Assembly: GCA_040772485.1 (NCBI GenBank) | Contig: JAXGYC010000007.1 | Span: 192,001-256,000, forward strand | Source: Sedimentisphaerales bacterium | Lineage (GTDB): Bacteria; Planctomycetota; Phycisphaerae; Sedimentisphaerales; Anaerobacaceae | Direction: 5' to 3' | Length of the DNA stretch: 64,000 nt | In this document: positions 39,111 to 48,675 of the stretch, in pieces | How the letters are laid out: each line of letters opens with the position of its first letter | Position numbering within the stretch: position 1 is the stretch's first letter | The notes under the pieces: model-generated | Databases searched by the model: none | Seen by the model: the letters and a program-made list of their open reading frames with translations, nothing else | Told to the model about the DNA's origin: nothing | Program-made: the position numbers and the translations under genes

Positions 39111-40502
39111 TCAGATGTTCTCGGTTGTGCTGCCCTCGGTGTCACTGAACCGCCAGAGCAGGTCGTACTCCGGCACTTTGCGGCGAGGATCATCCGACCT
39201 CTTGCGCTCCTTCGGAATGCCGCCATTGTCGTGCATGTCCTCGCCGGCGCTGTAGACGAGAAAACCATCCTGTTCGGCACGGTAGCGCAACGGTTGCTCC
39301 ACGTACGGATCGATGAGCTTCTCCAGCTTCAAATCGTCGAGCGATGACGGGAAAACGCCGTGTTCCCTGCGGTATTCGAGCAGCCCCAGCCCGGCCCGGG
39401 TCATATGCAGCCGGGCTACCATGTCGCAATGGACCCCTTTGAAGAAGTCGTTCACCTGCGTTGCCCAATGGGTCAGAAAGTGCTTGCCCCTCGCGTCGTT
39501 GAACTCCTTTCGAATGCCGGTGTCCCTCGGCACGTAGGGGCTCTCGAACATCTGTACCGCTTTGTGCATCGCACGCAGATAGGCGGCATGGGCCGCGATG
39601 AACAACGGCCGGAAGGTCACGACGCGAAACATCGCCCGATTGATCGTATCCAGGGCACTTTCCTCGTTGCCCGCCGGCTGGTCATGTTGCATGGCCTCGT
39701 ACAGCTCGTCGCTCGACAGATGGAAGAACCACTCGCCTCGCACCAGCCGTTCGGCGTCCACCGCCCGCACCAAGGGTCCCACGTTGTCGAGGTTCTTCAG
39801 AATATCCTGTGTCTTCCGACAGGCTTCAGCGTCCGGGGGGACCACCGCGCAGAGCTTCTGAATCGTGTAGCAGCAGTCTCGGATCAGACACAGACGCGCG
39901 AACTGGGTGTCCATACTCGGGTCGGACACCAACGCATCGGCGATTTTGAACTGCCCCCGCACAATGTCCCAGACCTCGGTCCCACCACCTGCTTTGATCT
40001 GGTGGTACGCCTTGGCCCTGGCAATGGCCGCGACGCGTCGCAGGTCGTGGAACCCGAACGGCCCATCGAGTTGGCCGGCTTTGTAGTCGCGATCAAATCG
40101 GCATTCGGGCCGCCGCATGGCCTCTTCGAGCAAAGACAGTGCCGAAGCCACTTCCTCTCGTTTGAGGAGTTCCTCGAACTCATCGACCTGATTGGCATCG
40201 AGATCGTCCGCCAGAAAGCCATAGGCCAGCTTGCCGAGGTAGTCGAGCATATCCTTCCTGGGGGCGGGCAACTCCTTGAGTGTCGTGACGGCGCGCTGGT
40301 ACAGCAGCGCGGCGTTCCTGCCTTCCGGAACCGGCTCGGGGATGACTTGGGCCGCCTTCATGGGCCGTCCGGCCGCTTCGAGGTCTGCGTACGCCTGCCG
40401 CAGCTTGACCGTGGACCGGATCAGCGCGACACCATAGGCGATGACCAGCACCGCCACAATGCCCCCAACAACTATCAGTATTCTCTTCGTCCTCTTGTGC
40501 AT
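39111..40502 (-). CDS. Membrane-anchored hypothetical protein with pseudopilin (GspG)-like C-terminal motif
   Basis: N-terminal TM (MHKRTKRILIVVGG), C-terminal YRREHG.FP.SL..L......DPY...LRY......LVYSAG.D..DNGG. Confidence 0.7.
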   Translation of the reverse strand: MHKRTKRILIVVGGIVAVLVIAYGVALIRSTVKLRQAYADLEAAGRPMKAAQVIPEPVPEGRNAALLYQRAVTTLKELPAPRKDMLDYLGKLAYGFLADDLDANQVDEFEELLKREEVASALSLLEEAMRRPECRFDRDYKAGQLDGPFGFHDLRRVAAIARAKAYHQIKAGGGTEVWDIVRGQFKIADALVSDPSMDTQFARLCLIRDCCYTIQKLCAVVPPDAEACRKTQDILKNLDNVGPLVRAVDAERLVRGEWFFHLSSDELYEAMQHDQPAGNEESALDTINRAMFRVVTFRPLFIAAHAAYLRAMHKAVQMFESPYVPRDTGIRKEFNDARGKHFLTHWATQVNDFFKGVHCDMVARLHMTRAGLGLLEYRREHGVFPSSLDDLKLEKLIDPYVEQPLRYRAEQDGFLVYSAGEDMHDNGGIPKERKRSDDPRRKVPEYDLLWRFSDTEGSTTENI

Positions 40503-40549
40503 CTTCGTCCCCTGCCTTCTGGAGTCGTTTGCTACGGCCGAAGCACCGC

Positions 40550-40945
40550 TTATCCCTCTTTCGAAGCCAGATTGAACCTCTCGATAGCACGGCCGAACCA
40601 CTCGACCAGCGTCGCCTTGTCGATCTGCATATGAAAAGCCTCGACCACGATCCGTTCCAGCTCTTCGCAGACAATCCGCCGCCGCACCGCCTTGCTGAGA
40701 TTGCTGTCCAGACTCGCCACGAAGGCGCCGGCGCCCGCCCGGGTGACGATGATGCCCTCCTGTTCGAGTTGGCGATAGGCCTTGGCGATGGTGTTGGGAT
40801 TGATCGCCAGTTGCTGAGCCAATTGGCGAACCGTCGGCAATCTCTCTTCCCGCGCGAGCCGGCCCAGGGCGATGTCCCGCTTGACCTGATCGATGATCTG
40901 AAGATACACGGGCCGGTCGGACGCATTGTCGATGCGAAACTGCAT
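40550..40945 (-). CDS. GntR family regulator, YtrA subfamily
   Basis: P.YLQI..Q...I..G.L....RLPTVRQLA..L.INPNT.AKAY..LE..G......G.G.FV, short C-terminus, heads an ABC operon. Confidence 0.92.
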   Translation of the reverse strand: MQFRIDNASDRPVYLQIIDQVKRDIALGRLAREERLPTVRQLAQQLAINPNTIAKAYRQLEQEGIIVTRAGAGAFVASLDSNLSKAVRRRIVCEELERIVVEAFHMQIDKATLVEWFGRAIERFNLASKEG

Positions 40946-40960
40946 AGGCCACCTCAGTAG

Positions 40961-40983
40961 TTGTACTATTATCACTATTACAA
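40961..40983. promoter_or_regulatory. YtrA-type operator
   Basis: TTGTA-N13-TACAA directly upstream of the GntR start. Matches the TGTA-N13-TACA YtrA-family pattern. Confidence 0.75.
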
Positions 40984-41011
40984 GAATAACACCCCTCCGG
41001 TTCGCATTCAA
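40983..41011 (-). promoter_or_regulatory. Sigma70 promoter of the ytrA operon
   Basis: Minus strand TTGAAT-N17-TATTCT with extended TG. Confidence 0.55.
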
Positions 41012-41059
41012 GAGAAATTTTTCGGAATTCTCGCTCGGCCCGCATCGGCGCGCCCGGTC

Positions 41060-41088
41060 TTGACGAATGAACGGAACGCCGGTATTCT
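41060..41088 (+). promoter_or_regulatory. Sigma70 promoter for the ATL/GNAT genes
   Basis: TTGACG-N17-TATTCT. Confidence 0.6.
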
Positions 41089-41125
41089 CCGCGATGGACA
41101 GGACTCGGGTACAGGAGACCAGGCG

Positions 41126-41614
41126 ATGGCGAGTGCGAAAGGAAGACGCAGGAGCTGGCGTGAGAAACTGGAGAACCCAGCGGTGGAAGGGCTGCCCAAG
41201 GTGGTGGACGTCCCGGAGAAATGGCGGAAGATGATGGGAGGGCGCCGCGTGCTGGTGCCCACGCCTCTGATGGCGGACGAGGAAATCCGAACGGTGCGAA
41301 AGGGCCGACTCATCACGACCGGCCAAATCCGCCGGCGCCTGGCCGACCGCGAGGGCGCTGATTCAACCTGCCCGATGACGCTGGGCATTTTCCTGCGGAT
41401 CATCTCGGAGGCTGCTGAAGAGGACCGCGGCAACGGGAAGAAGCGTATCACCCCCTACTGGCGGGTCATCAAGGACGACGGCAGCCTCAATCCCAAGATT
41501 GCCGGCGGCGTCGAGGCCCAGACGGCCCGACTCCAGGAGGAAGGCCATGCGATTCTGCCGGGCGAAGGCAAGAAACCGCCCCGCGTCGACGATTTCGAGA
41601 GGGCTCTCGTGTAG
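41126..41614 (+). CDS. MGMT-family DNA-binding protein (alkyltransferase-like)
   Basis: V.KG.L.T...IR..LA, TCPMT.GIF, PYWRV...DG.LN.K..GG...Q...L..EG. SD AGGAG. Confidence 0.75.
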   Translation: MASAKGRRRSWREKLENPAVEGLPKVVDVPEKWRKMMGGRRVLVPTPLMADEEIRTVRKGRLITTGQIRRRLADREGADSTCPMTLGIFLRIISEAAEEDRGNGKKRITPYWRVIKDDGSLNPKIAGGVEAQTARLQEEGHAILPGEGKKPPRVDDFERALV

Positions 41615-41668
41615 GCGACCATTAGGGATATCACCGGTCCGACGAGAGACCCCTCCAACAGGAAGAAC

Positions 41669-42454
41669 GTGAGCGTCATACAACTCCAAGACAAAGAAAC
41701 GATCGAGTCTTTTCTGCGCCGGAATCCCCAGCTGCACATTTATGCACTGGGGGATCTGGACGACTTCTTCTGGCCGTATACGACCTGGTTCGGCCGCCAG
41801 GAGGCCGGGGAATTGAAGGACATCGTTCTCGTCTACGCGGGCAGGGCGATGCCAACCGTGATCGCCGAGGCGGAACAGCCGGAGGGTATGCGCTTCCTGC
41901 TGGAGGAAATCGGTTCGCGCCTGCCCCGGCGGTTTCACGCCCATCTGAGCCTCGGCGTCGAAGACATCTTCCAGAACAGCCACATCGTGCATCCGCACGG
42001 AATGCACTGCCGGATGGCTCTTCGCAAGGGCACGCGCGTAAGAGACGTTGACGATTTCAGGGTCGTCCGGCTGGGCCCGGCCAACCTGGACGAGGCGCTG
42101 GCGTTCTACGAAGAAAGCTATCCCGGCAACTGGTTCGACGGCCGAATGCTTGAAACGGGGCGGTACTACGGTCTGCGGGATGCCGGAGGATTGCTGAGTG
42201 TGGCCGGTGTACACGTGTACTCACCGCGCTATCGCGTTGCCGCTCTGGGGAATATCGCGACCCATCCGGCTCGCCGCGGCAAAGGGTACGGGACACGCGT
42301 CACGGCGCAACTCTGCCGGACGCTGCGGGATGAGGTCGAGCACATCGGCCTGAATGTCAAAGCCGACAACGAGCCTGCATTGCGATGTTATCGCCGGTTG
42401 GGCTTCGAGGTCGTCGCTCGTTACGCGGAGTTTGACTTCGAGCGGCGGACCTGA
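41669..42454 (+). CDS. GNAT N-acetyltransferase (FR47-like)
   Basis: LGNIATHP.RRGKGYG, LNV..DN.PA...Y.RLGF. Confidence 0.88.
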   Translation: MSVIQLQDKETIESFLRRNPQLHIYALGDLDDFFWPYTTWFGRQEAGELKDIVLVYAGRAMPTVIAEAEQPEGMRFLLEEIGSRLPRRFHAHLSLGVEDIFQNSHIVHPHGMHCRMALRKGTRVRDVDDFRVVRLGPANLDEALAFYEESYPGNWFDGRMLETGRYYGLRDAGGLLSVAGVHVYSPRYRVAALGNIATHPARRGKGYGTRVTAQLCRTLRDEVEHIGLNVKADNEPALRCYRRLGFEVVARYAEFDFERRT

Positions 42455-42462
42455 GGGCGAGG

Positions 42463-43455
42463 TCAGGCCTTCCACGCCCGGATCAGGGAATTCATGCCTT
42501 CGTCCGGGCACAGCAACTCGATATCGGCAAAGCCGCCAGCGGACAGGTCGTCACGAAACTCCCCGAAGGTATAGGAGTTGCCCCCTTCAGTCCCCACCAG
42601 CATGTTGACGGCAAACAGCGCCCCTGCCGGCGGCTTCGTACGCGACCGGTCCAGCACAACGTCGCGGATGGCCAGCGCCCCGCCCGGCGTCAGAGCGGCG
42701 TATATCTTGGCGAAGAGGGCCCGATTCTCCTGGCGGGAGTTCTGGTGGGCGATGGCGCTGAGCCACGCCAAATCCGCGCCGCCCGGCAAGTCGTCGCGGT
42801 TGTAGTCGCCGGCCACGAGGGTGACGCGATCGAGCAGATTGGCGCGCATCAAGCGTTGCCTGGCCAAAGGAACGACCTCGGGCAAGTCGAACAGCACCGC
42901 GGTCGCGTCGGGCGCCGCCCTTAGAAAGGCGATCGTCCAGGTGCCGGAAGCCCCTCCGATGTCCAGGAGCCGCTGGAACCTCAGAGGCTCCAGCCTGCCG
43001 ACCACCGCCGGAGCGACGGCGACGCTGAAATTGTCCATGGCGCCGATGAAGGCCTCGGTGTCGGCAATTTCACCTCGTATGCTCGGCGTCCGCTGGGCGG
43101 GCCCACCGTCGCGGACCACCCTGGCAAGCTGAACCCAGCGGCGCAGGCAGTTGGCCTGATGACGCAGCCCGGCCAGTACGTTGGTCGGTGAATCTTCGCT
43201 CAGCAGATTGGCCACCTCGGGCGGGACCACATAGACGTCGCCCCGCTTCGCAAGCAGATCCAGGGCCGCCAGAGCGTCCAGCAGGATCGCCGTGGCTCGC
43301 GGATCGGTGTCCAGAACCGACGCCAGGGCCGCAGCGGTCGCCGCTCCCCGGGCCAGGACGGTGAAGACGTCCAGATCAGCCGCCGCGAGAACCACACAGG
43401 CCGGCTGAAACGCCCGAGCGGTTTCCAGGAGTTTCGCTTCTGTCCACAACTGCAC
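42463..43455 (-). CDS. SAM-dependent O-methyltransferase (Methyltransf_2 with dimerisation domain)
   Basis: AA.DLDVF, LLDIGGASG, FDLP.V, AGDY, L.PGG.L.I.D. Confidence 0.9.
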   Translation of the reverse strand: MQLWTEAKLLETARAFQPACVVLAAADLDVFTVLARGAATAAALASVLDTDPRATAILLDALAALDLLAKRGDVYVVPPEVANLLSEDSPTNVLAGLRHQANCLRRWVQLARVVRDGGPAQRTPSIRGEIADTEAFIGAMDNFSVAVAPAVVGRLEPLRFQRLLDIGGASGTWTIAFLRAAPDATAVLFDLPEVVPLARQRLMRANLLDRVTLVAGDYNRDDLPGGADLAWLSAIAHQNSRQENRALFAKIYAALTPGGALAIRDVVLDRSRTKPPAGALFAVNMLVGTEGGNSYTFGEFRDDLSAGGFADIELLCPDEGMNSLIRAWKA

Positions 43456-43754
43456 CGTAGAGACTCTCCTTCTGCGGATGACCCAATGATCCCGCCGGAA
43501 CGAAAGAACAGGACACGCAACGCCTTACGTGCAGCCGATGGTATCAGAAGCCTCCGGGGAAGGGCACCAATTTCCAGCGGGCGCCCGGCAGTTTTTCCGC
43601 GTTCGCTCTTGACGAGACCCGTGACTTGGGGTTTACTGTGGTCTTTGGCATGCTCAAGTCGGGGTGCGAGCGAGGCTCGGCACCGTCGATGTGTCCGACG
43701 GGACTCGCCCCGGACCGGCAGTTTGGCGAATGTCAGTTGAAAGGAGACTCTCCG

Positions 43755-44546
43755 ATGACAAGGACCGTTATCATTGCCACAACCCTGCTCTTGCTGGTCG
43801 CTGCCGCAGGATGTACCCCCACGGACCGTGGGCTAAGTCACCGACTGCCCCAGCGAACCATTTACGAGAGCCCAACACCTGCCGCGGAGGCAGACCAGGT
43901 GGTGGGCTCCACGGATGAAGTGGACCTCGTGGAACAGGTGGCGACGCATCGCCGGTCCTACCGCCGCAGCCTGGAACTGCTCGTGACCCATTACACCGTC
44001 GTCGGAGACAACCGCAAGCTCAAGTGGGCTCAGGAAGAATTGCGGGCGCTGGACCGGATGCCGCAGTACCGTTATATCATCGACGCCCAGGTCATGCCGG
44101 CGGACTTGCAGGCCTCGACGCGAATCCCGGCGGCGGACGAGTTGTATCTGGACGCAGTTGAGACGCAGCGCCAGGCCGAGCCGATCGGAATCCTCAAGGA
44201 TGAGGAACTGCTGCGTGTGGCGCTGACGAAGTACAACGCGTTGATTCGCCAGTATCCCAATTCCGAGAAGATCGACGATGCGGCTTACCGGGCGGCGGGA
44301 ATCTACGATTACTTCAAGGACTATGAGATCGCCCTGCTCTACTACCAGCGGGCGTATCAATGGGACCCGGACACGCCCTATCCGGCGAGATTCTACGCCG
44401 CTTCGCTACTCGACAAGAAGCTGCACCGGCGTGACGAAGCGCTGCAAGTCTATCAGGAAGCTGTCCTGCGGGAAGGCGACCGGTACGACGAGTGGAAGAT
44501 GTACGGGGAACGCCGGATCAAGGAGCTCAGCAGCTCCCAGAACTGA
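43755..44546 (+). CDS. TPR-containing lipoprotein (BamD/YfiO-like repeat)
   Basis: SD AAGGAG, lipobox AAAGC, LI..YPNS.KIDDAAY..A.IY helical repeats. Confidence 0.8.
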   Translation: MTRTVIIATTLLLLVAAAGCTPTDRGLSHRLPQRTIYESPTPAAEADQVVGSTDEVDLVEQVATHRRSYRRSLELLVTHYTVVGDNRKLKWAQEELRALDRMPQYRYIIDAQVMPADLQASTRIPAADELYLDAVETQRQAEPIGILKDEELLRVALTKYNALIRQYPNSEKIDDAAYRAAGIYDYFKDYEIALLYYQRAYQWDPDTPYPARFYAASLLDKKLHRRDEALQVYQEAVLREGDRYDEWKMYGERRIKELSSSQN

Positions 44547-44582
44547 TGCCGCTTGACAGGTTTATCGCCAGCGTGTCTTCTC

Positions 44583-44612
44583 AGGGTCTGACAGTACGTC
44601 AGACCCTTTTTT
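44583..44612 (+). terminator. Rho-independent terminator
   Basis: AGGGTCTGAC-AGTAC-GTCAGACCCT-TTTTT. Confidence 0.85.
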
Positions 44613-44656
44613 GTTGGTCATGGCGGTCTGCCGGAAGGACCGCGTGAGGAACAGCT

Positions 44657-46078
44657 ATGGAGCCGCTGGAGCGGAAGGTGGCGGGTTTCATTCGAGGCAT
44701 GGATCTGTTCTCAGGGGCCAGACGTGTCCTGCTGGCTGTCTCGGGCGGGGTGGACTCCGTCGCCCTGCTGCACGTGATGCACCGATTGACCGCGCATGAA
44801 GTGATCGGCGTCGAGCTTCTCTGCGGCCACATCAATCACAAACTTCGAGGGGCCGCCGGCGACGGCGACGAGGCTTTCGTAATCCAAGAGGCGCGCGAGT
44901 TGAACCTGCCTGTCGTCAGCCGAGCTGTCAACGTCAGAGCGTATGCACAGGAGCATCACCTCTCAACGGAAACGGCAGCGCGGCAGTTGAGGCGGAATAC
45001 CCTTATCGAGATCGCCCGCGCCCACGGTTGTGCCGCCATCGCCATGGGGCACCAGAAGAACGACAATGCCGAGACCATCCTCCAGCGACTGGGACGCGGG
45101 ACGGGCCTGCGAGGTCTGGGCGGCATCTGGCCGTCGCGATGGGCCGCCGACGGCCTCGCGTTGGTCCGCCCGCTGCTGGAGTGCTCGCGCATCGAGATCG
45201 TCGAGTATCTCCGATCGAGGAAGCTCTCCTGGCGGGACGATCATACTAATAGCGACTGCATCTATACGCGTAACCGGATTCGCCATCGCCTGCTGCCGGC
45301 ATTGCAGGCCCGATCCGACAGCCTGCTTATCGAGGAACTGGCCTCACTGGCGGCTTCTGCCAGGAAGTTGTACGCCCGAGTTGCCGACGAGGCCCAGGAA
45401 GCAGCTACGCAGTACGTGGAGTTCGGCGCCGCTGAGGCTGGCATCGATACGATGGGGCTCGCCGGCCTGCCCGAACCCGTCGGGGTGGAGCTGCTCAGGC
45501 AGACGCTGGCGAAACTGGGCCTCGGCGAACGCGACGTGACCCGGCGACACTACCGCGGCCTGCTGGCATTGACCGGACCTGCGTCAGGCGGGCAAAAGGT
45601 GAACTTGCCCGGCGACTTCTGGGCACAGCGTTTGCGCGACACGATCGTCGTGCGCCGGCCGCCGTGCGGGTGCCAACAACTGCCCGGCCCGCTCGAACTG
45701 CGTATCCCCGGAACCACACGATTCGGATCCTATCGCATCGACGCGCAGATCCTCGACGCCGGGCAGATCGAGCCGGCAGCAATCACCGGCAAGAAGAACC
45801 CCTTCCAGGAATACCTCGACCTCGGCCGTATCCGCCGTCCGCTCGTTGTGCGACCGCGCCGCCCCGGTGACCGGTTTGTCCCACTGGGCCAACATAGTCA
45901 GAAGAAGGTCGGCAAGTTTCTCACGGCCGCCAAAGTCCCGGACAATCTCCGTTCGCGAGCCTTTGTCATCGAAGACGTCCAAGCCATTCTCTGGGTCTGC
46001 CCCATCCGCATCAGCGACCGCGCCAAGGTCACCGAAAACACGTCGATCATCCTTGATCTGAGCGTCGCGGAAGTGTAG
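44657..46078 (+). CDS. tilS: tRNA(Ile)-lysidine synthetase
   Basis: AVSGGVDS, HINH.LRG, E..AR, H...D.AET, RPLL, D.TN....Y.RNRIR, C-terminal R..GDRF.P.G...KK. Confidence 0.95.
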   Translation: MEPLERKVAGFIRGMDLFSGARRVLLAVSGGVDSVALLHVMHRLTAHEVIGVELLCGHINHKLRGAAGDGDEAFVIQEARELNLPVVSRAVNVRAYAQEHHLSTETAARQLRRNTLIEIARAHGCAAIAMGHQKNDNAETILQRLGRGTGLRGLGGIWPSRWAADGLALVRPLLECSRIEIVEYLRSRKLSWRDDHTNSDCIYTRNRIRHRLLPALQARSDSLLIEELASLAASARKLYARVADEAQEAATQYVEFGAAEAGIDTMGLAGLPEPVGVELLRQTLAKLGLGERDVTRRHYRGLLALTGPASGGQKVNLPGDFWAQRLRDTIVVRRPPCGCQQLPGPLELRIPGTTRFGSYRIDAQILDAGQIEPAAITGKKNPFQEYLDLGRIRRPLVVRPRRPGDRFVPLGQHSQKKVGKFLTAAKVPDNLRSRAFVIEDVQAILWVCPIRISDRAKVTENTSIILDLSVAEV

Positions 46079-46116
46079 CTTCTATCGATAGCTGAGAATC
46101 GCAAAGGAGGGAAGAC

Positions 46117-47145
46117 ATGATCAGTCGCAGGCAGTTGCTGGAGCACGCCAAGGCTCAGGGAGCCACGGACATCCATGTTTGCGCAGGGGCGCCGATCCTC
46201 TTTCGCATTGGCGGCAGGCTTGTGCCTGTGACAAAGGAGAAGTTAACCGCGCAGCAAAGCCAGGAGATCGCCTATGACCTGCTGACGGTCGAGCAGAGGA
46301 AACTCTTCGAGGAGAGACTCGACTACGACCTGATGCTGGCCGAGGACCAGGGGCGCTATCGCATCAATGTCGGGTACTTCGACAGCGCCGTCGGCGCCAC
46401 CATCCGCATCTTGCCCGCGTACGCCAGAACGATTGCCGAGCTGTTCCTGCCGGACGTCGTCAGGGACCTCGCCCATCGTCGCAAGGGACTGGTCCTGATT
46501 ACCGGCGCCACCAGCCAGGGCAAGACCACCACGATGACGGCGATGATCGACGAGATCAACACGAGCAGCGAGAAACACGTCATCACCATCGAAGACCCGA
46601 TCGAGTATACGCACGTCAACAAAGCCGGCGTCGTCCGCCAGCGCGAAATCGGCCGCGACACTCAGTCGTTCCAATCCGGATTGCGGGCGGCCCTGCGACA
46701 GGATCCCGACGTCATCGCCATCGGCGAGATGCGGGACTACGAGACCATCAAGATCGCCCTGACGGCCGCCGAGACAGGGGTGCTCGTCCTCTCGACGCTG
46801 CACGTGATCTCGATCGACAAGATCCTGGAGAGATTGCTCAGTTACGCGCCGGCCCATGACGAAGGACAGTTGCGGTTCCTGTTGGCCGAATCGCTTCAGG
46901 GCGTCATCCATCAGGAGTTGGTTCCCACTGTGGACGGCCGGCAACGCGTGGCGTGTGAAGTGCTGGTGGTGACCAGCGCCGCGAAGAACATCATTCGCCG
47001 CAAGGGCGGCTACTTTTTGCGCAGCGTAATTGAGACGGGCAAAAAGCATGGCATGGTCACCATGGAAGAATCCATCAACGGATTGCTCGCTCAGAAGACC
47101 ATCACCGAAGCCGTCGCGGAGAGTATCCTGGCGAACTACAAATAA
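46117..47145 (+). CDS. PilT/PilU-family ATPase
   Basis: ATDIH..AG.P..R, GLVLITG...GKTTT, TIEDPIEY, QREIG.DT.SF, ALRQDPDVI.IGEMRD.ET, STLH. Confidence 0.9.
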   Translation: MISRRQLLEHAKAQGATDIHVCAGAPILFRIGGRLVPVTKEKLTAQQSQEIAYDLLTVEQRKLFEERLDYDLMLAEDQGRYRINVGYFDSAVGATIRILPAYARTIAELFLPDVVRDLAHRRKGLVLITGATSQGKTTTMTAMIDEINTSSEKHVITIEDPIEYTHVNKAGVVRQREIGRDTQSFQSGLRAALRQDPDVIAIGEMRDYETIKIALTAAETGVLVLSTLHVISIDKILERLLSYAPAHDEGQLRFLLAESLQGVIHQELVPTVDGRQRVACEVLVVTSAAKNIIRRKGGYFLRSVIETGKKHGMVTMEESINGLLAQKTITEAVAESILANYK

Positions 47146-47188
47146 CACGAGGTGAATTCATCGGACTTCCGCCAGTCAGGAGGCAAGC

Positions 47189-48670
47189 ATGGGCAAGAGC
47201 ACGCGACGCGAATTTCTGAAGGCCGCCGGTCTGGGGGCAGCGTCTTTGGCGCTAACCGGCAGCATGCCGTTGTCGGCACAGGACCGCGGAGCAAGACCGC
47301 GACCCAACATCCTGCTCTGCATCGCCGACGACTGGTCTTGGCCCCACGCGAGCATCGCCGGCGACCCCGTCGTCAGAACCCCCGCGTTCGATCGTGTCGC
47401 GCGCGAAGGGGTGCTGTTCGAGAACGCTTTCGTCACGGCGCCGTCCTGTACCCCCTCGCGAGGTTCGATCCTCACCGGGCAGTGGCACTGGCGACTGGAA
47501 GAAGGCGGGAATCTCTGGAGCACTCTGCCGGCCAGGTTCGCGGTCTATCCCGATCTGCTGGAGAAGTCCGGGTATCACGTCGGCGTGACGCGCAAGGGCT
47601 GGGGACCGGGCCGGATCGAGCCGGGCGGCCGGACGCGAAACCCGGCCGGGCGATCATATAAGGATTTCCGGGCCTTCCTCGAAGCACGTCCGCCAGATGC
47701 GCCATTTTGCTTCTGGTTCGGCAGTACCGATCCACACAGGCCGTATGAACAAGGGTCCGGCGTCAAGAGCGGCATGAAACCACAAGACGTTCGTGTGCCC
47801 GCCTGCCTGCCGGATGACGAAATCGTTCGCAGCGACTTGTGCGACTACTACTGGGAGGTGCAAAGATTCGACCGCGAGGTCTCAGAGCTGCTGGGGTTGC
47901 TTGAGGCCCGTGGTGACCTGGACAACACGCTCCTCGTGGTCACCGGCGACAACGGATTGCCGTTTCCCCGATGCAAGAGCAACTTGTACGACCTTGGGAC
48001 CCATGTGCCTCTGGCGATCCGCTGGCCCGCCAGAGTTCCGGGCGGCCGCATCGTGAAGGACCTCGTCAGCCTGCAAGACCTGGCCCCGACGTTCATCGAG
48101 GCGGCGAGTCTCACGCCGCCATCGGAGATGACGGGGCGCAGTCTGATCGGCGTCCTGACATCAGAGAAGTCAGAACATGCCGAGCCGGGACGCGACCATG
48201 TTCTGACCGGCAAGGAGCGACACGCCTGGGTTCGCAAAGGAGGCTTGGGCTATCCGTGCCGGGCGATCCGCACACACGACTTCCTCTACATCCGCAACTA
48301 TGAACCTGGCCGATGGCCGGCAGGAGACCCCGTCGACGGCGGCGTACCCTACTACCCCAGTTGGAGCTATGGGGACATCGACGGCTCGCCCACGAAAACA
48401 TATATGCTGGAGCACGCGGACAAGCCGCACGTGAAAAGACTCTTTGAATTGGCCTGCGCCAAGCGCCCTGCCGAAGAGCTGTATGACCTGCGAAGAGATC
48501 CGGAGCAACTCAATAATGTGGCCGGCGTACCGGACTATGCCGCCGCTCGGAAACAACTGGCGGCAGCCCTCCAGGCGGAGCTGGCGGCAACGGGCGACCC
48601 GCGTGCGCTGGACGCAGGCGATGTCTTCGACCGCTATCCCTACTACGGGGGCCAGCAGCCGCGGACATAG
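47189..48670 (+). CDS. Tat-exported sulfatase
   Basis: TRREFLK twin-arginine signal, PNIL...ADD, CTPSR, DPHRPY, GDNG, ELYDL..DP.QL.N. Confidence 0.93.
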   Translation: MGKSTRREFLKAAGLGAASLALTGSMPLSAQDRGARPRPNILLCIADDWSWPHASIAGDPVVRTPAFDRVAREGVLFENAFVTAPSCTPSRGSILTGQWHWRLEEGGNLWSTLPARFAVYPDLLEKSGYHVGVTRKGWGPGRIEPGGRTRNPAGRSYKDFRAFLEARPPDAPFCFWFGSTDPHRPYEQGSGVKSGMKPQDVRVPACLPDDEIVRSDLCDYYWEVQRFDREVSELLGLLEARGDLDNTLLVVTGDNGLPFPRCKSNLYDLGTHVPLAIRWPARVPGGRIVKDLVSLQDLAPTFIEAASLTPPSEMTGRSLIGVLTSEKSEHAEPGRDHVLTGKERHAWVRKGGLGYPCRAIRTHDFLYIRNYEPGRWPAGDPVDGGVPYYPSWSYGDIDGSPTKTYMLEHADKPHVKRLFELACAKRPAEELYDLRRDPEQLNNVAGVPDYAAARKQLAAALQAELAATGDPRALDAGDVFDRYPYYGGQQPRT

Positions 48671-48675
48671 CATCA

